A DNA stretch of 32,000 nt. Origin: Ignicoccus pacificus DSM 13166 (GTDB taxonomy: Archaea > Thermoproteota > Thermoprotei_A > Sulfolobales > Ignicoccaceae). Made by a program: the position numbers and the translations under genes. The notes beneath the pieces were generated by a model. The model was not told where the DNA came from, did no database searches, and saw only the letters and a list, made by a program, of their open reading frames with translations. The DNA lies in contig CP006868.1 in the NCBI GenBank assembly GCA_025340205.1, positions 1,230,001 to 1,262,000 on the forward strand, written 5' to 3'. Of this stretch, positions 8,704 to 17,346 are shown piece after piece (position 1 is the stretch's first letter; each line of letters starts with the position of its first letter).

Positions 8704-9252
8704 ATGTTCTCTAAGCAGTTCATCGAGGAGCTAATAGAAGGTATCGACTTAGTTTCACTCTCCTTAGTAGGAAGTGCGAGAAGATCGAAGAGAACAAGAG
8801 ATATTGACTTAGTTGTTATAACAAAGAACGAAATCTCTAGAAAAAAGATAGAAAGTAAAGCGATATCGCTAGGGGTACAAATCTTTCGACCTGACGTGAC
8901 AAGTAATACGTTCTATCCTCTCAAAGAAAGAAACAATATTAACTTAAAGATATTCACCCTCGATGAGTTCAGGAAAATCAAACACGTCCACATGGATAAC
9001 CTAAGGATAGTGTGGAGCCTCCAAGAGGTCAACCTAGCCGGCAAACCCTTAGCTGAACTAGTTAAGCCCTCCTTCCCCAAGAGCTTGAAGGACAAAGCTG
9101 CCGAGCTGAAGGGTCTGAGAAGGAAAGAGCTCTTCTGGGTTCTCGGTACCCAGCTACTAATGGAGGGAACCATGAAGCTTGAGGAGCTCGAGGACTTATC
9201 TAAGGACTTGAAGAGAGGCTTCCAAGTTCTTGCCGAGTACGGCGTTAACTAA
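8704..9252 (+). CDS. Pol-beta superfamily nucleotidyltransferase
   Basis: 182 aa. LSLVGSARRSKRTRDIDLVVI (GSxxRxxxxxxDIDLVV), the MNT active-site signature. Confidence 0.75.
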   Translation: MFSKQFIEELIEGIDLVSLSLVGSARRSKRTRDIDLVVITKNEISRKKIESKAISLGVQIFRPDVTSNTFYPLKERNNINLKIFTLDEFRKIKHVHMDNLRIVWSLQEVNLAGKPLAELVKPSFPKSLKDKAAELKGLRRKELFWVLGTQLLMEGTMKLEELEDLSKDLKRGFQVLAEYGVN

Positions 9253-9307
9253 GTTCAGCACGCTGGAGATAGATTTTTAGCTGCACGATAACAGCCAGAG
9301 GTCGGGG

Positions 9308-9408
9308 GCCGCCGTAGCTCAGCCGGCAGAGCGCCGGCCTTGTAGCGTCTCTCGGTCCTTGCGCGGGAAAGCCGGTGGTCGCGGGTTCAAGTCCCGCCGG
9401 CGGCTCCA
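9308..9408 (+). tRNA. tRNA-Thr(TGT) with a 25-nt intron at position 37/38 (intron 9345-9369) and encoded CCA
   Basis: Acceptor GCCGCCG/CGGCGGC, D-stem GCTC/GAGC, anticodon stem CCGGC/GCCGG, T-arm GCGGG-TTCAAGT-CCCGC, then T and CCA. The anticodon loop is CTTGTA plus A once the intron is removed. A BHB can be drawn with central helix CTTG/CGGG and bulges TA^G and AA^A. Confidence 0.92.
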
Positions 9409-9626
9409 CTCCTCCTCAATGAAGACTCCTTGGCCGTTGACACCTGGGATGAAGAGAGGTCATGGGGACTGAGGGTCTCCATTGAAGAAAACTCGGTATA
9501 GTTAACTCGTACAGAAGGTTTGGCTCTACCACAAACCGTTTCGATCAAGATCTACAAGGGCTCTTGGAAAATGCTTTACCTTTTATTAGCTCTAGTAAAG
9601 AAAAAGCCTGACTATAGATAGAGGTA

Positions 9627-9992
9627 TCAAGAGGGGAGGCAACCATACTCAAAAATGAGATCTAGTATTAACTCTACTATCCTTTCGAAGAACTTAGCGA
9701 GGGCATCCTCGTTAAAGTCGTTCACTATCAGCTTTTCCCATAGCTCTTGCAGAGACACTGCGACGTCGTGTATCCTCTCTATCACTTCCTCGGGCAGTTC
9801 CTCTGGTTCATCGCAAACTGGGACTAACTCACCCGCGATCTCTAGAAATACTCCGAAGTCAACTGAAGGAGCTCCCGTCCAAGAGGTCTCCAACAGTCGG
9901 AAGTGTAGCTCTTCAGCCTTCTTGGCGGCGAAATCGACCCATTGGTCTATATCTGCTTCTTTTCCTTCAGGGGCGTTCTTCCCCACCATCAT
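9627..9992 (-). CDS. Small acidic helical protein (paralog A), 121 aa
   Basis: Shares SWTGAPSVDF...LQELWEKLIVNDFNEDALAKFFERIVELILDL with 10400..10708. TATA-like ctttataag on the minus strand at about 10022-10030. Confidence 0.65.
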   Translation of the reverse strand: MMVGKNAPEGKEADIDQWVDFAAKKAEELHFRLLETSWTGAPSVDFGVFLEIAGELVPVCDEPEELPEEVIERIHDVAVSLQELWEKLIVNDFNEDALAKFFERIVELILDLIFEYGCLPS

Positions 9993-10399
9993 TCCGCACC
10001 AAGTAATACTATCACCCTTCTCTTATAAAGATTATATCGGATTGAGTATATTCATTATATCTAATTGGTAAAAAATATAATTACTAAATATGGGAATTTT
10101 AGAATATATTAATGCACAAACCGGATTATGTTGAAAATGCAGCACCATCAACTTTAGAAGGTGACAGAATGAGATCCTCAGAAAGCTCTCCCCCAGAAAA
10201 TTTCGGTAGAAGGAATTTTGGGGAGAAGGAAAATTTCTGGGTAGTAATACTGTAAAAGCTAAGGACCCCCTATCCCGCACTAAAAGTTGGTCGAAGAACA
10301 AGGAAGGAGTAAGTAGCTAAACGTAATACGAAGAGTTATCAAGGAAACGTTACTCAAATAAAAGAAAAAGAGAAGGATGAAAAAAGTATCATATGGGTA

Positions 10400-10708
10400 T
10401 CATATGTCTTCCAAGTTAAGTAGGTAATTTATGATGTTTTCGAACCATTGTGCCATTACATCTTCATTGAACTCGCTCTCAATTACCTTCTCCCACTCTC
10501 CTTGAATTAGTTCAGCAAGACCATAAGCTTTCTTTACAAGCTTCTCAGAGAGCTCTCCAGAGGGCGGGCGGTAGATCTTAACTATCATTGGAATGGCAAT
10601 GTCATTAACTATCCTTATGAAGTCTTGTGCGGTTCCTGTCCACTCAGTATTAACGAGCGAAGACCACGCTTCTTCCACTATGAGGCCTAGCTCCTCTGCA
10701 CTAACCAT
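10400..10708 (-). CDS. Small acidic helical protein (paralog B), 102 aa
   Basis: TEWTGTAQDFIRIV...IQGEWEKVIESEFNEDVMAQWFENIINYLLNLE aligns with paralog A. Confidence 0.65.
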   Translation of the reverse strand: MVSAEELGLIVEEAWSSLVNTEWTGTAQDFIRIVNDIAIPMIVKIYRPPSGELSEKLVKKAYGLAELIQGEWEKVIESEFNEDVMAQWFENIINYLLNLEDI

Positions 10709-11025
10709 ATGGCATTACCCTGTATCTCATAACGAATTCTTCCTTATGAATCTTTCTTGGGCATTTAGTATTACCAATAATACAGCAATTTGAAAATAAC
10801 AATTTCAAAACTTGGGATCACTTGAAATACATCAAAGAGTTCTAGAGAGAGGCTGCAATTCTTTTAGCTGAAATCTCAAACGAAGAGAAGTCGAGGACGC
10901 TTGAAATTGCAGTAGCCACAAATTTGTTTTCAAGTAAAATCCATCCTACCGAATTTTGATAGGGAAGAATTCCTTGGATCTCCTGGGTTCATGAAAGGCT
11001 AACGCTTAAGAAAAAGAATTCAGAT

Positions 11026-11688
11026 GTGTGCACCCGGCGAAATGATATGGTGCAATTGGTATCTATTAACGTTGACGTAAAGCAGAAGTACCTTGATCAA
11101 GCTGAAATGCTTAGAAAGCTTTACGACTCTAAGGGAATAAAGGTCTTCGAGCTCCTGGGAAGCCCCGGCTCAGGAAAGACCGCCTTAGCGGAGGCAGTAA
11201 TCGATAGGATAAAGGACAAGTACAAGATCCTCTACTTCGGAGGAGACGTGGCTTCCACCTTAGATGCCGAAAGGGTAGCAAAGCACGGGATAGAGGCGGT
11301 AGAGATAAACACCGGAGGCATATGCCATCTCGAGCCTTCTCATGTAATGGAGGCCTTGAAGAACGTTGACTTGAGCAAGTACGATATAATGTTCATAGAA
11401 AACGTCGGCAACCTCATCTGTCCCATAAACTTCCCTCTAGGAGCTCACAAGAGGATACTGGTAGTCTCAGTCGCCGAGGGAGAGGACAAGTTCGTGAAGC
11501 ATCCGATGAGCACCAAGGCTGCCGACGTGATAGTAATTAGCAAAGTTGACTTAGCGGACGCCATTGGAGTTGACGTTAAGAAGATGGAAGAAGATGCCAG
11601 GAAGCTCAATCCTAAGGCTCCGATAATCAAGGTCTCCGTCAAGACCGGAGAGGGAATAGATGAGCTGGTCAAGGCTCTAGGCCTTTAA
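11026..11688 (+). CDS. hypB: Hydrogenase nickel incorporation GTPase HypB (true start may be ATG 11047)
   Basis: ELLGSPGSGKTALAEAVID, GGDVASTLDAERVAKHGIEAVEINTGGICHL, FIENVGNLICP and ISKVDLAD are HypB motifs. Confidence 0.92.
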   Translation: MCTRRNDMVQLVSINVDVKQKYLDQAEMLRKLYDSKGIKVFELLGSPGSGKTALAEAVIDRIKDKYKILYFGGDVASTLDAERVAKHGIEAVEINTGGICHLEPSHVMEALKNVDLSKYDIMFIENVGNLICPINFPLGAHKRILVVSVAEGEDKFVKHPMSTKAADVIVISKVDLADAIGVDVKKMEEDARKLNPKAPIIKVSVKTGEGIDELVKALGL

Positions 11689-12238
11689 GCTCCTTCGTGA
11701 TTTCTTCTAGACATCTCATTATCTTAATTTGAATTTCATAGAAGCTATACCCCTCTTCATCGTACCTCCCGACCTTTATCCTGGCTCCCTCCACCTTCCT
11801 CCTCGGCCATTCCTTTCCCTTCTCACAAATGGTATCGATGACTCCCAGAACTTTGGCTACTAGGCATTCGGTAAGGGCTGAGTGCCCTACCTTTATCCCA
11901 CAAGATCCGTAGAAGTCTATGACGTAGAAGCCTTCTTGTCTAGCTATAGCTTGAAGGAGACCACTATTACCTCCGTGAGCGTTTACTACAACAAGGGCCC
12001 CTCCGAGCTTCTTTATGGATTCGTTGACATCCCTTAATACTGCTGAAAGCGTTTCTACCTTTAAGGATATAGATTCTTCCCACTCGAAGCTAGCTGAAAA
12101 TGGAATTGGCGGCAAAACATTACCTCCTACCCTCTCCGAGAGGATCTCCGCAATCTTGGCAGCTATCCTTGTGTCCAAGTCTTCCTCTAAGCCAGGATGA
12201 GGTTCCCAAGAGCCTATCGGGAGGAGGAAGAGCTTCAA
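11669..12238 (-). CDS. Creatininase family protein, possibly the archaeal ArfB-type formamide hydrolase
   Basis: LLPIGSWEPHPGLEEDLDTRIA and VVVNAHGGNSG motifs. Confidence 0.8.
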   Translation of the reverse strand: MKLFLLPIGSWEPHPGLEEDLDTRIAAKIAEILSERVGGNVLPPIPFSASFEWEESISLKVETLSAVLRDVNESIKKLGGALVVVNAHGGNSGLLQAIARQEGFYVIDFYGSCGIKVGHSALTECLVAKVLGVIDTICEKGKEWPRRKVEGARIKVGRYDEEGYSFYEIQIKIMRCLEEITKELKGLEP

Positions 12239-12329
12239 ATCTCTCCCCGAAGGCTTGTACCTTGGGAGAGCTTATCCTCTGGGGCTATACGGATATATAC
12301 AGTACGAACAAGGGCGCTTGGGAAGAGAG

Positions 12330-13520
12330 ATGGAGGACGTTTACATTGTCTCTGCAGTTAGAACTCCTATAGGGAAGTTCCTCGGCTCCTTCTCCAAGAT
12401 CCCCGCTCCGGAGCTCTTGGCAATTGCAGCTAAGGAGGCAATGAAGAGGGCGAACGTTGAGCCCAAGGACGTGGACTTCTATGCATTTGGAAACGTGATC
12501 GGAGCTGCCGTCGGTCAGAACCCAGCTAGGAGGGCTGCCCTCCTAGCCGGCGTGCCTCCGGAGGTAGACGGCTACACGGTGAACATGGTCTGCTCCTCCG
12601 GAATGCTCTCCATAATAGACGCCATAAGGGCCTTCAGGGCCGGAGACGCTAAGATAGCCTTGGTGGGCGGAACTGAGAACATGACTAGGGCCCCTCTCTG
12701 CCTCCCTCAAGACGCTAGGACCGGTATAAAGCACCTAATAGGAAGGCAAGCAAACCTAATAGACACCATGGTTCTAGATGGCCTCACCGACGCTTGGAAC
12801 TGGAGGATAATGGGAGAGGAGGCTGACATGACTGCCAAGAAGTATGGGGCCAAGAGGGAGGAGCTGGACTGGATAGCCTACCAGAGCCACATGAAGGCTG
12901 CCAAAGCTACCGATGAGGGAATATTTGCAAGGGAAATAGTTCCCGTCGAGGTTAAGACGAGGAAGGGAACTGTCGTAGTCGACAAGGACGAGGGAATAAG
13001 GAGGGATACCAGCATTGAGAAGCTGGCTAAGCTTCCTCCAGCCTTCCTCCCCGACGGCGTCCACACCGCCGGAAACAGCTCCCAGCTGAGCGATGGGGCG
13101 GCTGCCTTGGTAGTCGCTCCTGAGAGCGTGGTGAATGAATACGGCCTCAAGCCGATAGCTAGGATACTGGGATATGACATAGTAGGCCTCAAGCCCGAGG
13201 ACTTCGTGGAAGCCCCCGTTCCTGGCATAAAGAGGATCTCTGAGAAGCTGGGAGTGAAGCCGGATGACTGGGACTTGTACGAGGTTAATGAAGCATTTGC
13301 CATAAGCCTCTGGCTACCTCATCACTTGCTTGGAATTCCATATGAGAGGATGAATGTCCACGGAGGAGCGATAGCTATAGGCCATCCCCTAGGAGCTTCT
13401 GGAGCGAGGATAGTGGTCACCTTGCTCAATGCACTACAAACTCACAACAAGAGCAGGGGAGTTGCTACCCTATGTCACGGAACTGGAGGAGGGACCACCA
13501 TAGCTGTGGAGCTAGTCTAA
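12330..13520 (+). CDS. Acetyl-CoA C-acetyltransferase (thiolase)
   Basis: MEDVYIVSAVRTPIGKFLGSF, VNMVCSSGM, NVHGGAIAIGHPLGASGARI, ATLCHGTGGG. The ORF track starts at 12255, but the homologous start is the ATG at 12330. Confidence 0.92.
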   Translation: MEDVYIVSAVRTPIGKFLGSFSKIPAPELLAIAAKEAMKRANVEPKDVDFYAFGNVIGAAVGQNPARRAALLAGVPPEVDGYTVNMVCSSGMLSIIDAIRAFRAGDAKIALVGGTENMTRAPLCLPQDARTGIKHLIGRQANLIDTMVLDGLTDAWNWRIMGEEADMTAKKYGAKREELDWIAYQSHMKAAKATDEGIFAREIVPVEVKTRKGTVVVDKDEGIRRDTSIEKLAKLPPAFLPDGVHTAGNSSQLSDGAAALVVAPESVVNEYGLKPIARILGYDIVGLKPEDFVEAPVPGIKRISEKLGVKPDDWDLYEVNEAFAISLWLPHHLLGIPYERMNVHGGAIAIGHPLGASGARIVVTLLNALQTHNKSRGVATLCHGTGGGTTIAVELV

Positions 13521-13526
13521 GCAAAA

Positions 13527-16199
13527 TCATATTTTGGAGCTAAGTTCCTTGAGGAAGGCTTGCACCTCCTCCTCGCTCTTGCACACCGCCGTAGCCCTAG
13601 CCCCCTTTCCTCCTCCCTTACATATCCCTATTTGCCTTATCATCTTGCCTAAGCCTATATCTTTAGGAGCCGCTAGCTCCACTCTGTTCCCCACTATTAC
13701 AGCTGCTACGGAATCGGAGCTGAGCTCCCTCAGCACCTCTTGTGCTAACTCCGGATCCTCCAAGTCCATCTTCAGTACCTTGAGCTTTCCAAGGCTCTCA
13801 GCCTTCTTCACGTACAGCTCCTTTAAGGCCTTTCTATACTTATTGAGAAGCTCCCTTTCCTTCCTCTCCCTCTCCAGCAAGCTCTCAATTCTCTTTACGA
13901 GAGCACTCTTGTCTCCGCCCACCTTGCTCGCCGCTTCCTCCAAGGTCCTCTCCATCTCCTGAGCGACTTCTGCGACCCTTGTAGCAGCGACGTACTCGAG
14001 CCTCACCACACCGTCTTGTATCTTCCTAGTGGATATCACCTTGAGAGCCCCGACCTCTCCCGTATTTGCTAGATGAGTTCCAAAACATGCTTGGATGTCC
14101 CAGCCCTCTATCTCCACCAGCCTTATCTCCTTGTCCATAGGAACTCCTCCTTGATATATGGTGAACCAGTACTTGGCCTCAGCCTCGTTTCTAGGTAACG
14201 TGAAGGTCCTTACCTTTCTCCTCTCATCTATTATCTTGTTGGCCTCTCTCTCAATCGCCTCTATCTGCTCCTTAGTTAATGGCCTGTGATGGGTTATGTC
14301 CAGCCTGGCCTTCTCCGGGGTCTTCTCGGCTCCCGCTTGCCAAACGTGATCTCCCAAGACCTTCCTGGCAGCTGCTAGGATCACGTGGGTACCAGTGTGG
14401 TGCCTCATCAACCTATACCTCCTTATCCAGTCTATTTCCCCTACCACCAAGCTTCCCTTCTCTCCTTGGAATGGCTCGTTGAGAACGTGAACTATCACTC
14501 CTCCGACCTTCTGAACGTCCCTTACCTCATACTCCTTCTCTCCTTTGTAGATCTTCCCTCTGTCCGCCATCTGACCTCCTCCTTCAGGGTAGAAGGCCGT
14601 CTGATCGAGAACCAAGTAGTTATCCTTGTAGTCGATTACCCTGGCATCGAACCTCCTCATGTAAGGATCCTCGTGGAAGAGCCTCCTCGTCTCCGGAAGG
14701 CCCTTGGCCCACTCTATTATCTCTTTAGGTAGCTTGGCCTTCTCCTCCGCTCCCTTTACCCTTCTGACCTCTTTCTGGTGCCTAGAGGCTACCAAGGCGT
14801 AGAAGTTCCTGGGAACCTCCACCTTCACCCCAAGCCTCTCTCCTACCTCTTGGACCACCTCTGGGGGAATCCCGTGGCTGTCGTAGAGGGTGATTAGGTC
14901 ATCTAGTTCTATTTTCTTCTTCCTCTTCAATATCCTCTCGACCATCCTAGTTCCCTTCCTCAAAGCTTCCCTGAACTTGTTTTCCTCGTATTCAACGGCA
15001 TCCAAGATGTACTCCTTGTTCTTCCAAGCCCTTGGGTATTGGTCCTTCCAGTACTCGAGCTGCATCTTCACTAACTCCACTAGGGGAACCTCTGCCTTGA
15101 GCTTCCAAAGAGCTCTCAAGGCTCTCCTTATGACCAGCCTTGCGAGATATCCCTCGCCGGTGTTGGAGGGAACTATTCCGTCCCCCAACATCCACATTAT
15201 CGTTCTGGTATGATCGAGAACTTGGTAGACCAAGGAGGCCCTTTGGTGGAGCTCCCTTATCTCCTCAACGCTCATTCCCAAGTACTCGGAAGCCCTCTTG
15301 TAGGCCCTCTCTATGGTTTCCGGCTCGTCGGGATCCATGAGTCCAGCGGACCTCACCAAGGAGTAGAGGAGCTCCTCCGGAGGCTCTTCAACTCCCAGCT
15401 TCTCGTGGAAGCGCTTGAGCAAGTCGCCGTAAATGGCGTGGAAGGCCGTTGGAGTCTTCTGGGTGAACCAAGCTATCCTCTCTATTCCGTATCCCGTATC
15501 AACGACTTTGAGCTTCATGGGTATATATTCCTTCTTTCCGTTTTCCTTTACCTCATATTGCATGAAGACCAAGGTAGCCAGCTCCAAGCCCGCTATGGTC
15601 ACCTCGAAGGATGGTCCGGCGTTTCCTCCTCCCTCCCACCAGCTCTCCTTGAAGTTGATCAGCTCCTCTGGAATTCCCAGCCTTTCCGTGAAGAACTCGA
15701 AGGCTAGCCTTACTGTCTCCTCCTTCCAATAAACCTCCTTGTCCGGATAATTGAAAGCGTGATGTCCTCCCATCTCGAAGCCTGTCATGTGCCTTCCTAG
15801 AGTCAGGCCCACGTTGTCTATGTCCTCCAACCTTATGCAAGGCTGGGAGATGACTAGGGGATTTGCCGGGGGAGGCACTATTCCCTTGGTCACGTGAGGC
15901 TGGAAGACCACGATGCTCGCTATTGTTAGGAAGAGGTCGTCCCTCCACCTAGCCACGACGGGTCTGGGCTCGACTATGGTGTGACCGTGCTCCTCGAAGA
16001 ACTTGAGGAACTCTCTCCTCGCTTCCGGAAAGCTAAGTTTCCTCTTAGTGGGAACGTCAAAGAACTCGTACTCTTGGCAAGGAGCGTCTCCGCAGACCTC
16101 GTGCTCTCCCTTGGTCCAGAAGTAGGTTCCACACACCTTACACTTCTTCCTCTTGAAGCCGTTTTCCTCAAAGAACTTCAGGCGATACTCTTGCTCCAC
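13527..16199 (-). CDS. alaS: Alanyl-tRNA synthetase
   Basis: 890 aa. AlaRS core (FFEEHGHTIVEPRPVVARWRDDLFLTIASI), editing-domain HHTGTH and C-terminal CGGxG (ICKGGGKGARA). Confidence 0.95.
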   Translation of the reverse strand: MEQEYRLKFFEENGFKRKKCKVCGTYFWTKGEHEVCGDAPCQEYEFFDVPTKRKLSFPEARREFLKFFEEHGHTIVEPRPVVARWRDDLFLTIASIVVFQPHVTKGIVPPPANPLVISQPCIRLEDIDNVGLTLGRHMTGFEMGGHHAFNYPDKEVYWKEETVRLAFEFFTERLGIPEELINFKESWWEGGGNAGPSFEVTIAGLELATLVFMQYEVKENGKKEYIPMKLKVVDTGYGIERIAWFTQKTPTAFHAIYGDLLKRFHEKLGVEEPPEELLYSLVRSAGLMDPDEPETIERAYKRASEYLGMSVEEIRELHQRASLVYQVLDHTRTIMWMLGDGIVPSNTGEGYLARLVIRRALRALWKLKAEVPLVELVKMQLEYWKDQYPRAWKNKEYILDAVEYEENKFREALRKGTRMVERILKRKKKIELDDLITLYDSHGIPPEVVQEVGERLGVKVEVPRNFYALVASRHQKEVRRVKGAEEKAKLPKEIIEWAKGLPETRRLFHEDPYMRRFDARVIDYKDNYLVLDQTAFYPEGGGQMADRGKIYKGEKEYEVRDVQKVGGVIVHVLNEPFQGEKGSLVVGEIDWIRRYRLMRHHTGTHVILAAARKVLGDHVWQAGAEKTPEKARLDITHHRPLTKEQIEAIEREANKIIDERRKVRTFTLPRNEAEAKYWFTIYQGGVPMDKEIRLVEIEGWDIQACFGTHLANTGEVGALKVISTRKIQDGVVRLEYVAATRVAEVAQEMERTLEEAASKVGGDKSALVKRIESLLERERKERELLNKYRKALKELYVKKAESLGKLKVLKMDLEDPELAQEVLRELSSDSVAAVIVGNRVELAAPKDIGLGKMIRQIGICKGGGKGARATAVCKSEEEVQAFLKELSSKI

Positions 16200-16301
16200 G
16201 ATGAGTCCCGAAGGGGGATAAGGGAAAGGGACTATGTACCTAAGCCGGCCAAGCTGTGGAGCATATTGAACTCTGTTCCTCCTTTACCTTAGGGTTTATG
16301 G

Positions 16302-16690
16302 ATGACCTCAGAGGTCTACGAGGCATTGTGGAGGAGAGCCAAGGTCCTCTTGAGGGAGGCGGAAAGGCTATTGAACGAAGGAGAATATGATCTAAGTCTA
16401 GTCATGTCCGAACAAGCGGCTCAGCTCGCCGTTAAGGCGGAAATATACATGCTTATCGGAGAAATCCCCAAAGGTCACAACTTGAGGAGGCTCCTCGGAT
16501 ATCTCGCTTCCTTAAGAGACGATGAGAGCTTAAAGGAGTTCGTCTCTAAAACCGAGATGTGTTAATTACGTTGGAGGAGGCCTATCTAGAAGGAAGATAC
16601 GCGGTCCCTTACTATACAAAGGAAGAGGCCGAGGAGGGATTGAGGATTGCAAGAGAACTACATAAAGCCCTTAGACAAGTTCATGGTTGA
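16302..16690 (+). pseudogene. HEPN domain protein interrupted by a frameshift (intact ORF 16302..16565, continuation in another frame to 16690)
   Basis: MTSEVYEALWRRAKVLLREAERLLNEGEYDLSLVMSEQAAQLAVKAEIYMLIGEIPKGHNLRRLL is HEPN-like. After the AAAA at 16548-16551 the -1 frame continues NRDVLITLEEAYLEGRYAVPYYTKEEAEEGLRIARELHKALRQVHG* and overlaps the start of the next gene. Confidence 0.7.
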
Positions 16691-16997
16691 GACCTACAAG
16701 CTCCTCATGAAGTACTGGAGGGAAGTGGCGGAGAGGGTAGCTGAAACGTGTCTCGATCTCTGCGAGGACTGTGAGGTTTACGTAATTGGAAGCGTCGCCA
16801 GGGGAACGGCAACTGCCCTAAGCGATCTGGACGTCTTGGTAGTCGTTCCTAGGAAGTGTGAGCCGAGAGCTTTGAAGAAAAAGGTTTTGAGGAAGGTAAT
16901 TTGGAATATTCCTTACGATTATCCTTTGAACTTACATATCGTTCAGAAAGGAGAAGAAGAAAAGTGGTTGAGGAAGGGATTCGTGAAGATAAAGTGA
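16683..16997 (+). CDS. Minimal nucleotidyltransferase (MNT) paired with the HEPN gene
   Basis: CEVYVIGSVARGTATALSDLDVLVVV. ATG 16683 overlaps the end of the HEPN continuation frame (catggttga). The ORF track start is 16647. Confidence 0.8.
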   Translation: MVETYKLLMKYWREVAERVAETCLDLCEDCEVYVIGSVARGTATALSDLDVLVVVPRKCEPRALKKKVLRKVIWNIPYDYPLNLHIVQKGEEEKWLRKGFVKIK

Positions 16998-17003
16998 ACT
17001 CAA

Positions 17004-17171
17004 TCACTTACAGAGCTCTTCGCACATCTCCTTACACTCTCTGACCTCATCTCCGCACTGCTCGAAGCAGTCCACTCCCAGCTCTAGGTTTTCAAGGCAA
17101 TACCTTACGCACCTCTCTCCCGCCCTCTCGCAATCGGCTTGGCAGTTGGATAGACAAAGTAAGGACGTCAC
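17004..17171 (-). CDS. Small cysteine-rich protein, 55 aa, 10 Cys (GTG start; not in the supplied ORF track)
   Basis: Reverse-strand translation MTSLLCLSNCQADCERAGERCVRYCLENLELGVDCFEQCGDEVRECKEMCEELCK*. Purine-rich gaggtagaggtag precedes the GTG. Confidence 0.6.
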   Translation of the reverse strand: MTSLLCLSNCQADCERAGERCVRYCLENLELGVDCFEQCGDEVRECKEMCEELCK

Positions 17172-17346
17172 CTACCTCTACCTCTAGAATATCTCTTACC
17201 TTGAGCATAATATGCTTTCAAGAGAAGCTGACCTTAGGTACCTTGATACTCTAATAAAAAAGAGGGAAAAGTGAAAGTAACTAAATCGCTATCCTAAATC
17301 ACCTAGACTTTTAGGTAATTATGTGTAGCTTCGCAAGGGTCTCCCT

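Noticed and set aside
9655-10301. 138-aa plus-strand ORF (9655..10071) and 89-aa minus ORF (10032..10301)
   Set aside because: The first is antisense to paralog A and Ser/Thr/Ile-rich like a shadow. The second has no RBS or motif and lies in AT-rich intergenic DNA.
10768-10786. gtatta-ccaa-taatac small inverted repeat
   Set aside because: Only 6-bp AT-rich arms, expected by chance in this AT-rich intergenic region.
15210-15948. 165-aa and 131-aa ORFs inside alaS
   Set aside because: Overlap conserved AlaRS coding sequence; antisense or alternate-frame artefacts.
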